From assembly GCA_008369845.1 (NCBI GenBank), contig MRSU01007152.1, positions 1 to 47,791 on the forward strand: 47,791 nt of DNA, read 5' to 3'. Numbering within the stretch: the stretch's first letter is position 1; the number at the start of each line of letters is the position of its first letter. The translations under genes and the position numbers were made by a program. The notes beneath the pieces were generated by a model. It was given only the letters and a program-made list of their open reading frames with translations. It did not search any database and was not told the DNA's origin. Of this stretch, positions 10,394 to 21,600 are shown one piece after another. This DNA is from Trichomonas gallinae (Eukaryota).

Positions 10394-11677
10394 ATGGATG
10401 AAGATGATGTAAATGTTCCAAATATTGATTTAACACAAATTGATGATGCAGATTTGGAGAGTAAGCTCCATCCATACTCAGAACGTGGTGAAAATTCACA
10501 ATTTAAAAAAGTTGGAATTTCAATATTGAAACAAAATCCTATTACGAAACCGAAACTTGGTCCTGGATACATGGCATCAGCTAGAAATAAGAAACAACAG
10601 CGGTTACACGATATTATAAATAATGATGCTCCGCTTTCTGAAAGAACGCCAAGAAAAAGTATAGCACGCGTGATAGAAGATCTAAGAGTTCAATCTCATG
10701 AAAAATTCATCGGAATGCTCAATTATAAACAAATTGAGAAAATGCAGGAAGAAATTGATGAAAAGGAACGTGAATTGTATCTTCAAGAGCTTAGAAATAC
10801 ACAAGAATTACGTGATATGGAAGAACACAACTCTAATCTCGAAAACGAAATTTTTCAAGCAATTCATTCGTCTGCTGAAATCACAAAACAATCATACGAA
10901 TTGCAAAAGAAAAGGAATGAAACCTTTGCTAACATTGAACGGTTAAATCGCGAAAATGCTTATAATTGCGCTTTAATTGATATTTATAAAACATATGAAA
11001 ACATTTTAATGGAAACAGCAAGGCAAGAAGGATATAATGATTGGAAGCAATGCTTTAAAACACCAGAAGATTTTCTTAATTACACAGAAAAATTTGAAAA
11101 TGAAAATCTTTTTTTATCTCATCAAGTTGAAGAAAAAATGCAAAAGTCACAACCTTCATCTCCACGAAAAGAGTTAGCAGAACTTGTAGTTAGAGAAGAA
11201 AAAACGAAAAATACTGAAGATGAAATTAATTTTAATGTTACAAATCCAAATCAAGCAGAATTAGATCATTTAAGTGAGTTAGTTAATAAATTATATCTTT
11301 TGATGTACAAAACTAAAACAACTCTTCCACCTTATGAACAATTGATTCAAGTCGAGAAAAAAATGGAAGAAATTTATAGAAGTCTTGAAAGGGTGAAGCC
11401 ATCGTTCTTAAAGAAGCGTCTTGACGAAATTGACGCGAGAAACGCATTAGAAAGGAGATTGCAATTCAGAGAAGATTTGGAAAGGCGATTTGAAGAGAAG
11501 AAACGAATAACACTTGAAAGAGCACTAAGAGAAGTCAAAGTTCCAGCCGGAAGAAAACTGATGCCTAAATCAAGTCCAAGAAAATACAAAATTAAAGATC
11601 CAACCAAACAAAAGGAAGAAGAGGAAAGGAGAAGAAGAGAACAAGAACTATTGTTCGGTGATATCTTTAGTGATTAG
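10394..11677 (+). CDS. CFAP100/CCDC37-CCDC38-like flagellar coiled-coil protein
   Basis: FKTPEDFLNYTEKFENENLFL ~ YFxxPxQLLDxFxELEEQNLxL; C-terminal GRKLMPKSSP...EQELLF ~ GRxLxxRSxPP...EEELxFF. First ATG at 10394, preceded by AAAGTGAC. Confidence 0.65.
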   Translation: MDEDDVNVPNIDLTQIDDADLESKLHPYSERGENSQFKKVGISILKQNPITKPKLGPGYMASARNKKQQRLHDIINNDAPLSERTPRKSIARVIEDLRVQSHEKFIGMLNYKQIEKMQEEIDEKERELYLQELRNTQELRDMEEHNSNLENEIFQAIHSSAEITKQSYELQKKRNETFANIERLNRENAYNCALIDIYKTYENILMETARQEGYNDWKQCFKTPEDFLNYTEKFENENLFLSHQVEEKMQKSQPSSPRKELAELVVREEKTKNTEDEINFNVTNPNQAELDHLSELVNKLYLLMYKTKTTLPPYEQLIQVEKKMEEIYRSLERVKPSFLKKRLDEIDARNALERRLQFREDLERRFEEKKRITLERALREVKVPAGRKLMPKSSPRKYKIKDPTKQKEEEERRRREQELLFGDIFSD

Positions 11678-12131
11678 ATATTTTTATTTTTAATTTATTT
11701 TTGTTTGTAAAATTTGTTTTAACATGTGATTTCCCAGCACATTCATTTAACTCATTCATCACTAGAAAATAGAATATCTATTGTTATAAATATATTTTTT
11801 AGGAAGATGGATTAATTTACAAATAGGAATTGATGATTTAAAATGAGATGCAATATTTTACTGTTTTTATCATTATAAAACAGCTAATTATGGGATATAA
11901 TACTAAAAATCGAATTGATTACACGCAAAATACGATTTTATTCAAGAGAACTCAAATAGCGTCATCAAATATAGTAAAATAATGAATTGCGCGATTGCTA
12001 ATAATAAGGAACTAATAAAACAAAGTTTTCTCCAAGTTTTTTTTTACGAAGTTTGATCATTCAACGATCAACGGAAACAATATATCTCTGTGATAGAACG
12101 TCAACACGAAATCCTAAAACTTTATTCAATT

Positions 12132-12475
12132 GAAATGAAAAAAATCAAAATTAAAAAACAGAAGTTCCAAACCAAGATCACACTATTGTTTTCCACGCCA
12201 AGGCAATTCAAATGGGTTATGTAGAGTTTGGAATAAGAAATGAAAAAATTATACGAAATAGTGGTTCCAAATCAGGATCATTCTATTATTCTCCACACCA
12301 AGACTATTCTATTGGATTGCTTGTAAATAGATCAGAATAAGAAATGAAAAACTAAGAAATTGGAGTTCGAAACCAAGATTACTCTATTGTTTTCCAAACA
12401 AAGATTCATGTATTGTGTTAATTGCTGCAAGAATGAAAAATCACGAAATTGGAGTTCCAAAACCAAGATAACTGT
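12132..12475. repeat. Degenerate ~105-bp tandem repeat (about 3.5 units)
   Basis: GAAATGAAAAA at 12132, 12237, 12341 and a variant at 12431. GTTCSAAAYCARGAT-like cores at 12164, 12264, 12365, 12454. Confidence 0.85.
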
Positions 12476-12643
12476 GTTAGACTAGATGCAAAGATGGTTT
12501 CATGGGAAGCTGATTCAATCCATGCCTGATAAGGAAATGCATTCAAAATTTCAGAAATTAAGGAATTCCCCTCATTTATTTAATAAGGCCCTCAAAATTT
12601 TATAATTTGAGTGGAAAATTATCGTTGAATTCATCGTTTTTCA

Positions 12644-13507
12644 ATGACTACGGATATCACACACGTCGGCTCCTGCACTGGCGGAAACTCCGTCCCAATG
12701 GACCCAGAGGGACGCCCATACCACTACGGCTGCAAGGGAAGCGAAATTGCAAACGAATTCCTTCTCTGCTCATGCTACAACTTGGCCAAGGAGATCTCCA
12801 AGCTTTTAGAGGGCGAAGTCTTCTTCAGACCATCAAACCGTGGCTACCACACATACACAGGCATGTACAAGGGCAAGAGAGTCACAATCATCGCTTTCGG
12901 CATCGGCTTCGCTATGCTTGACTTCCTTCTCCGTGAGGTTCGTGCAATCACAACAGGCAAGCTCACATTCATTCAGATTGGTGAGGCCCCATCTCCATCA
13001 GGAATCCCACTTGGAACAGCAATCAACGTAAAGGACGCTGTTGCATTCGAAATTGACTATGAAAACTTCACACCAGACAATGACTGCCCATACACAATCT
13101 ATGCTAAGCCAGTCAACGCTGATGAGACAGTTTTCAAGTCTCTCGCTGAGGGACTCAACAAGGCTGGCATCGCCAACAAGGAGGGACGCGTAGCTTCTAA
13201 CCCATCCTTCGTTTCTGGCGTCAATGCTCCAACATTCCAGAGTGGCGGATTAGGAACATTCAATTTCAAGGTCGACAAGCTCTACAACAAGCTCAACGAG
13301 AAGTGCGGACCAATCTCAACATTCGAAATGGACACATATATGCTTTATTGGACAGCTCTCCGCGAATATCAGAAGAATATCAAGACTGGCGCCATTTCTG
13401 TCGTCTCTGCTGACATGGAGGGCCACGTTCTTTCATCCGAGGAACTCCTTAAGCGCCAATTAGAAGTCGCCGCTGTAGTTCTTGAAAAACTTGGCGAATT
13501 ACAGTGA
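12644..13507 (+). CDS. Nucleoside phosphorylase (PNP/UDP-1, uridine phosphorylase-like) family protein with a degenerate active site
   Basis: GRPYHYG..EIAN, SNRGYHTYTGMYKGKRVTIIAFGIGFAMLDFLLRE and FEMD match uridine-phosphorylase-like proteins. Strong C-ending codon bias. Confidence 0.8.
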   Translation: MTTDITHVGSCTGGNSVPMDPEGRPYHYGCKGSEIANEFLLCSCYNLAKEISKLLEGEVFFRPSNRGYHTYTGMYKGKRVTIIAFGIGFAMLDFLLREVRAITTGKLTFIQIGEAPSPSGIPLGTAINVKDAVAFEIDYENFTPDNDCPYTIYAKPVNADETVFKSLAEGLNKAGIANKEGRVASNPSFVSGVNAPTFQSGGLGTFNFKVDKLYNKLNEKCGPISTFEMDTYMLYWTALREYQKNIKTGAISVVSADMEGHVLSSEELLKRQLEVAAVVLEKLGELQ

Positions 13508-14043
13508 GTTCTTCTCTGTACTTGTCACGCATCATAAAGTTAAAGGTAAGTAAAGTTTTTTTTTACTAAATTACTGAAATTTTATCTTGATATTTCGTGA
13601 AACATATAAATTATCTAAAAAATGATCAAAATATTTAGGTTTAGAAGCTATCAAACAATTCTTTTGAGTGAAGAATTGGGAAATTGATGATTTTATAAAT
13701 TCTGATTTGAAAAATTGTTTATTCGACGATGCAATGGTTGAATATTAGCATAAACATACTATAATCCTTGATATCGTGAAATATTATTGGTGATTCTTGA
13801 AATTGAACAAATTGAATGATTTAATATTCGATTTCATCTTTATTAGAACATATTTTACTGTCAAAATAATGTTGTTTATCAAGATGAGAACATTCAATTT
13901 CGTTTCTTTCTCAATTTGAAGAGTTTTTTTAGCAAAACCAGAAAATTCTTTGATAAAATTGAGTTTTTAGTACCATTTTGATTGATTTCTTTAATAATTT
14001 TTGCTAAAAAAGGAAATTTGTGAACGTTTAGAAATAATCAAAA

Positions 14044-15084
14044 ATGAGTATTTGCGCCCAAATTCAGGATCTCAAGGCCAAAATCCAGCAATTTAGGGAT
14101 GTACTCAACAACCCCAACAGATACTGCTGTGATGATGACAGCGAAGACTCAGATTTCAAACTAAATCCAATATTTTATCGAAAATCAAATGAACGAACAA
14201 AATCAGCAAAAGTTAGGTCAAGAGAGCCGATTACGACATACAAATATCAACGAATTTGCAAAGAAAATTTAGATCACTCGAAAAAATCAGATAAAATACG
14301 TGAAGATCCATGTTTGTCAATTGAAAAACAAAATAAAGGCAAACAAAAGCCAATAGACTCGATTTTGAGAGGCTATTACTATTCAAATACAACAAATACA
14401 AAATCTCAGCTAACAAAAAAGCCTGTTTTATTCAAAATAGAATCATCCAGTTCAGATTTTGAAGAAGAAGACACTGAAGGAGAATATTCAAATAATTATT
14501 CAGAATCTGAAGAATATTCTGAATCTGAGCATTCTGATAGAGAATATACAGAGTCTGACGATGAATCATCAACAAGTTACAGAGAAAACAAGCAAATTCT
14601 TAAAAGGAAGCGCTCAATCAAAGAAATCAAGAGCGATGATGAAAATTCCGATTCTGACTCAATTAAAGACAATTTTGTTGAAGCACTGGTTGATAGATCC
14701 AAACAAATGGCCAAAGATGAAATGTTTGATGAAGATTTCGAGAAAGATTCAGTAGTTGTTACAAGATTCTTGAAACCTAAAAAGAAATCGAAGTTAAACA
14801 TAAATTTAATAGAAAGCAGCGACATAAACAGTGAATCCTCAAATTACAGCCCTAAAACACTAAATAATAAAAAAGATTCCGATTCAGACAGTGTTGATTA
14901 CGAACAAGTAAGAAAACTGATGGATTTGTATGCTAGTGAACTTAATACAGAAGATTCAGATAACGATGAGCCATTTGAGTTTGAACAGAAGAAAATTAAC
15001 AAAATAAGTTCAAAAACTCAAATTAAGTTAAAATCACACATTCTCCAACCTAAGGATGACTACAGTGACTCTGAATTCGAGTAA
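14044..15084 (+). CDS. Acidic/Ser-rich low-complexity hypothetical protein, 346 aa
   Basis: Long ORF with AAAATG start; D/E/S/K-rich and probably disordered. Confidence 0.75.
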   Translation: MSICAQIQDLKAKIQQFRDVLNNPNRYCCDDDSEDSDFKLNPIFYRKSNERTKSAKVRSREPITTYKYQRICKENLDHSKKSDKIREDPCLSIEKQNKGKQKPIDSILRGYYYSNTTNTKSQLTKKPVLFKIESSSSDFEEEDTEGEYSNNYSESEEYSESEHSDREYTESDDESSTSYRENKQILKRKRSIKEIKSDDENSDSDSIKDNFVEALVDRSKQMAKDEMFDEDFEKDSVVVTRFLKPKKKSKLNINLIESSDINSESSNYSPKTLNNKKDSDSDSVDYEQVRKLMDLYASELNTEDSDNDEPFEFEQKKINKISSKTQIKLKSHILQPKDDYSDSEFE

Positions 15085-15625
15085 ATTTTTATCTGTTTGA
15101 TTGATTTTCTTAAAATATAGTTTGATTTTTCAATAATAATCATTATACATATAATTTTGCATCACAATATCATTATATAGTTCGATTCTATTCAAATTAT
15201 CAATAAATGTTATATAGAAACCCATTAAAAATTCAAATAAAATTTAAAAATTCGATAAAAAATCAAAATCTATTTAAAATAAAGAGAATTTGATATATAG
15301 AAGATATAAATATCAATATTTCGATTGAAATTAATCAATTTTCCGTTAAATATTTTAAAATATTAAATATTTTAGATATTTATATTAGTTATAGCTTTTC
15401 ACACATGACAATGGATTCAGTGGAATTTTTAGGAATATTTAGCGAAGTTTTACAGGCTTATTCCTAATAAAATAGTGAAGAAAGAACAAAAATCTTTGTG
15501 ATTTCTAGTTTTAGACGATATCGTTCTTGGATTTTTCTGAAAACTCGCCAAAATTTAAATATAAACTTTTCTCTTATTGAAACACATATTTCACACGGAA
15601 ATTTCGGAAAAAAATCATTAAAAAA

Positions 15626-18600
15626 ATGTCGCAATCTTTTCGGACTGGAATTTTCCAGTATAACTCTCCAGTTCCACAAAGGATTGCTGGATTCAAGTGC
15701 CCTGGCGTATATTCACTTATACACACTGGTGAATACACGCGAGCGGCTGAAATAATGAAGGAATCAGGAATTCCATTTAATCAAGCTTATCTTTTTTTCT
15801 CTAGTTATCCTGAAGCGCTTGTAGAATACCTCAGGATTAATGCTATTGATAAGAATTTACCTGATAATCAAAGAATTATTTTTGCGAATTCTTATGTAAC
15901 TTTATACGCTCCAATAATTCTCACATACAAAGAAAAGCCTGAATATGATCAAATTAAGACTGATTTCATAGCTGTTCTCCAAACAAATCAACTGATTACG
16001 AAATATATCAGCAAAAATATCATCGTTGAAGCTCTCATGCAATGCAATTTGCTTGATATTTTGCAAGAAATCTATTTATTGCTTCAAGATTGGGAAAATT
16101 ATTTGAAATACTTCTTAGAAGTCCAAGGAACGAAGAAAATACCTGTTTCCATGTGGAGACAGCTCACAACATACATTTCTAAAATTCCAGAAATGAACAT
16201 CAGGCAAAAAATTTTCAAATTATTTCCAAAATCGCAGCAAAAGGACTTACTGAGGCACTGGAAGGAGCTGGATCTCAAGAGAGTGCTGAGTGTCGGCGCT
16301 GACCAGTCAATTAGGCCTGTTTATCCACTTCTTCTCGATTTCGTTTTCGAAGAACCTAAAGACATCTCATTGCCAGAAATCCTGCAGCCAATTTTCGAGG
16401 ACTTGCTGATAGACAGGTACCATGGCCTCAACTCTCCACAATACGCGACATTGTATTTAGCTCACTTGGTTAGGACAGAAAATATGACGAAATTAACAGA
16501 TTTCTTCAAAACATCAACGTTTAACACTGGTAGTCAGTTCTTTATACAGTTTTGGATGAATATACGAGTTCATTTGTTGAATTCTAACATAAATCACGAA
16601 CATTTGCAACATTTCAAAAAGATTTACTTCAAAAAAGTTATAGAACCATTAAGAATACCATTAGACATACAAATCGAAGAAGATTACACGCAAACACAGA
16701 CGAAACGCACAAAATCTGTATTGGATTCTCAGATTTTAGGGAATATCTTCTCGATTTTCACTTCTTCAAAGAAAAACAATAAAAGTGATGAAGAGGAAGA
16801 CTTAGATGATGATGCAGGCCATGATGAAAGCGAAGAAGACCTTCCAGAAATCGGACATCTTAAATTAGAAATAAAGGAAGATGTAGAAGCAAATCAGATC
16901 GATACAAACTATCATCCAATAGAAATTGCGCTTAGGCCAATTCCTTCATCGACATCAAGGCTTTCTATTAAACTTGAAAAATCAGATGAATCAGATAATT
17001 ACGAAGAAGACGAAATTGGCGATGAAAAATCAGTGGAATACTCATCAGATACAGAATCAGAAGCCAGTGAGTTAATAAATCCACAAGATTCACAAACATC
17101 AATCAAACTCGACGAAAACGAGAATAACGAACAAAACAACAATAGCAATGATGAAACTAAAGCAGACACAAACGAAAACTCTGAGAAAACAGAAGTTAAA
17201 GTTGAAATTCTAGAAGATCAAGAAATTATTCAAAAACAAGAAGAAACAAAGCCAAAACAAGAAGAAGCAGCAGATAAAACACAAACCGAAAACAAGAAAC
17301 AAGACGAAAAACAAAACAATGAAATTAAATCTGATACTATTAAACAAGATTTGGTCAATATCCAAAGTGTTATCAACACAGACAAGAAGCATAAAGTCAG
17401 GACTGAAGAAGAAGAGAAATTGCACAAAGAAAAAGTCAAAATGCGAAAAATTGCAACAAAAGTCAGCGAACACATCGATAGAAGCATCTACAAACCAGTA
17501 TTAAACTATGGCATCGAACTAAATTCACATGCAGCATTTTCCTACGCTTTATCTATCCATTATGCAGTTAATCGCTCTTTGATTGAGAAAAATCTTCATC
17601 CGCTGATTTTATTGATCGAAGGGCCACTTACTGAGCGATTCAAATACGATGAGGACAAGTCTGAACTAAAGGAGTGCTGGATGAGAGTCATATCAGCTGT
17701 CTTTGAACTATATTCGAACGCTGTGAGATTCAGAGCGTTGACGTCGATTCCAGCGATAGCACATTTAGTCCGCGAATTAGCATATAACACAAACAATCCG
17801 AAATTGCTACTCGCCAGGTCATGGAAAGACAACATCACGTCTATTATCAATGATATAGAAGAAGTGAAGTTCTACAACACGATGTTAAAAGCGAACATTG
17901 AACAGCGAAAAGTTTTCATTTCGACAATTTTGTCTTTGGATGAAGAAAACATAAAACAAGGAAAATTCGACAAACAGTTCGACGAACTCATCTCTAAGAA
18001 CGAGATTGTTTATTCTATGGTCAATGATTTCAAGAACTGCACAGGAGAAGAAACACTAGTAGCTTTGTATGATTATACAATCAAACAGTTAACAAATGGC
18101 GAAAAAACGAAAGAAATGTGGGTGACATCTTTAGAAGACTTGAATCCTTCACAGCACAGAGCTCTCCACAATCTACCTTCTGATGCAAGGGCTTCTCTTG
18201 TTAATTTAATTATTAAGAAGTCAAATGTTATCACTGATGATAATGATTTCTTGAAACTGTTCAAACAAACAATCGAAGGATTCTCAAATCAAACGAAAGA
18301 TTCATATGATTTTGTTATCTCATTGAGTGACTCGAGAAAGTTCATTTTGGCACAGTTGTTGCTTCCAATGCGTCAACAAGGCCTTGAAGCATCTAAGTTC
18401 TGGCCAATGGCAGTTCAGCAGTTCATGGACATCAACTACAACAACGTGAAATCAATAGTAAAGTCAACACACGACTTCGAAATAAATTCTGTACAAGATG
18501 CCTGCCAGAAGATTTTGAAGAACCAAGACTTGCAAGCTTTCAAAGACAACTTCAAGAAGGATGAAGAAGGCTACCAGTTAATCATGGAATTCGATGAAAC

Positions 18601-21600
18601 GCACGTAATTGAGCTGGCAAAGATATTGGATGATAAATCACTCAAGTCGAATTCTTATGATCCATCGGAAACATGGGAGAATATCATCAAGAACAGGTGG
18701 AAAGAGTCTATAGAAGAACTCAAGAGGATAACAGTCGAAAAGCACAGAAAACTCAACGACGCAATCACAAGATTCGATTTCTCTGTCATTAAATTGATTT
18801 TCAATAACTTGACGTCGAATATCGATGAATTCAAATTCCACTTGCAGAGCCACATAAAGTCAATGCTTCATTCTATCAACAGAATCGTCAAACTCGATGA
18901 TAACATCATCAAAACATTCTTGGACAAAATCAGATTCACTCTTGGAAGACCGGAATCAGATGTTTGGAAGGAGGCAATAAAACAGTTCGTAAACGACACA
19001 GCTAAAGAATACACGAGAGTTGCTCAGATATTATTGGGATACAACCCTCAACTTGCTTTAGACGCATTGTCATGCTTCGAAAAAGAAGCAGAAGAGAAGA
19101 AAGAAAACACTGAAGGCTACGATTTCAAAGCAGATTTGGTTGGAATTCTCAAGAAGAGAATTGAGCCTTTGATTGTCTTCAAATCAGTCGACGTTGACAT
19201 ATCTTCGATGTTCGGAGAGATCTACAGGAAGAACTTGACAGACAAAGAGTCAAGAACAGTTTTCGGTGACTCGATAACTGAGTTCAATGTCTATTTCAAG
19301 AATAAGATCTACAAACCATTCAAGCACATTGCGTGTTACGAAGAATTCATTTACACGAGAACAAAAGAGTTAATATACAACGATCCAGCGAATTTCAGGA
19401 CCAATTTCCAGGAGTTCATCAAAGAAATAACTCAGCCTTATAACTATGTCTATGCAATTGATGAAAATCTCTTGCAGATAATTGTCACGAATCTGAAACT
19501 TGTTCCTAAAGAGACAGATCCTATTTTGAAGTTCAAACTTCCATTCAGAGACTTACAGAAGAGATTAAAGAACGAGATGATTCCGAAAGTGAAGAAATTC
19601 GCTGACATTCCGATAAAGATGGTGAACGACATCGTTAATCTTTTCAAAGACATCAACAACTTCGACGTAAACTTCGAAAATTACTATATGAAGACGAAGG
19701 AAAAACTAAGAGGTGACTTGGAGCCAATCAAAAACCTCGACCCGAAGTTCATGAAGATGTTCATCCTTTTGTACATGAATCCAGCGAATCCTGAGAAAGA
19801 TGTACAAAGACGCTGGGCGGCAATTGTTGACGGCACAATCAACTACTTGAAGGAAAGACTGTTGCCATTCATTTCCAAGGTCAAGAAGATCCCAGAATAT
19901 GCTGTCTTGGATCTATTGGAGGCGATGCTCAAAGAGAACAAAGCAAATCTTCCTATCAAGACAATTGTCGAGAACACTTACATGGCGAGGAGTCAGAGAT
20001 ACTTCGAGATATTTGAGATGCACCAGGACATCATCAATGACTTCTCTTCGTTCATGAGAATGCCGCAGAACAAGAATATGACATGGCAGCAGCTGTGCGA
20101 GAAATATCCGGACACTGTCAAGGCAGCAATACAGTCTATAGAAGGACTTAGAGAGCTCGATGAGCCAACGAAAGAAGTAATACAAGGATTCATCGCCAAA
20201 GATGGAAGATCTGCACCAGACAACACAAGAATATTTATAGACAAACTCGTCAAAGATTTATACGCTTTGGTTGGCCCGTTTGATCCAGGTTATCCAGTGA
20301 ATTTCACAGGAGTTTCACTAGATAACGGCGCTCTTAATGTCTTGAGATACTACATTAACTATGATTATCCAGAGAAGCCTGACAAGTCAGCAAGATGGAA
20401 CGCATCTGTTTCTTTGTTCGGAAAGACAGTTGTCGACATTTACGAGTCCGTTGCAAAGCATTTACAGAAATTCGACGCGAGGACAGTCCACATGTTTTTG
20501 ACATACAAGAGAAGCGATTACACGCATGACAGATTCTTGGACTTCGTTCAGACGATGGTCAACGACTACAAGACATTATTGACAATAGGATCCAACACGT
20601 TAAAGATATTAGAAACATATGTAACTGTTTTCAAGACGGAATTCAAGAACGATAAACAGTATCGCGACAAATGGGACAAAGTCGTCAAAGAGTTCCAGAG
20701 AGAAACATACGAAACATACACTGGACCCTCATCTATATTCACTAAGCTTCCATCAGTTCCTCTTTCAATACAGCAGAGAGTTATTTTCTATTTGGAAGAC
20801 GTAATATTCTCGATGAAATCTTGTTTCGAACAGTACTCTTTGTCCATCAAAGAGCACATTTTCGACATGGATCCCAACATCATTCATATTGTTTCCACAA
20901 GATTCAACGAGTTGCTATCCAAAGAAATTCACAATAAGAAGCAAGAAATGATTGTTGCACAAATGAATCCATCGCAATCACCACAGAAAACTCAACAAAA
21001 GACAAAACTCGGCAAAAACAAGAAACAAAAAGTCCAGGAAGATGATGATAATGAGCAATCTGTTGTTATTCCACCAGTTGTTCAGTCGATAGAAAGGGCT
21101 CAGATTATGCTTGACATCCCAGAAATTACATCATCAGTCTGGAAGAAGTTTTTGGACGACAACCAAGAAGATTCTTTGGAGAAACTCACTCAAAATATTA
21201 TTAATCAAGTTACTCCTTTGTCTTCTGATAGTAACAATGCAGAGAAGATGCAAAGAGAAGATATTGTTGCTATTTTCGATGCTGTTAATCCTAAGCTTTC
21301 CATTTTCAAGGAAAGATTAATTGCTGCTGCAAAAGACTCGAAAGTCGCCAGAAAGATTGTTGGCATGGACACTGCAATTCTCATGTTCTTGATTTCTATA
21401 ATAAGCAAAGTTGCATCAGACAAGAAACTCGCAATAGTCAAATCAATAAACGAGAAATCACTCAAAGAAAAGAGAGATGCAGAGTTCGAAGCGAGAATGA
21501 GAGAAATAAAGGCCCAAGAGATGAAGCAGAAAGCAATAAACCTTGAGATGGACTTAGATGTTGAGAGCACTAAGATGACAGAGAGAATCTCGTTCGGAAA

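Noticed and set aside
12362..12375. Pol III B-box-like GTTCGAAAC (possible tRNA or SINE)
   Set aside because: Only one of four repeat units matches; no A-box or cloverleaf is visible.
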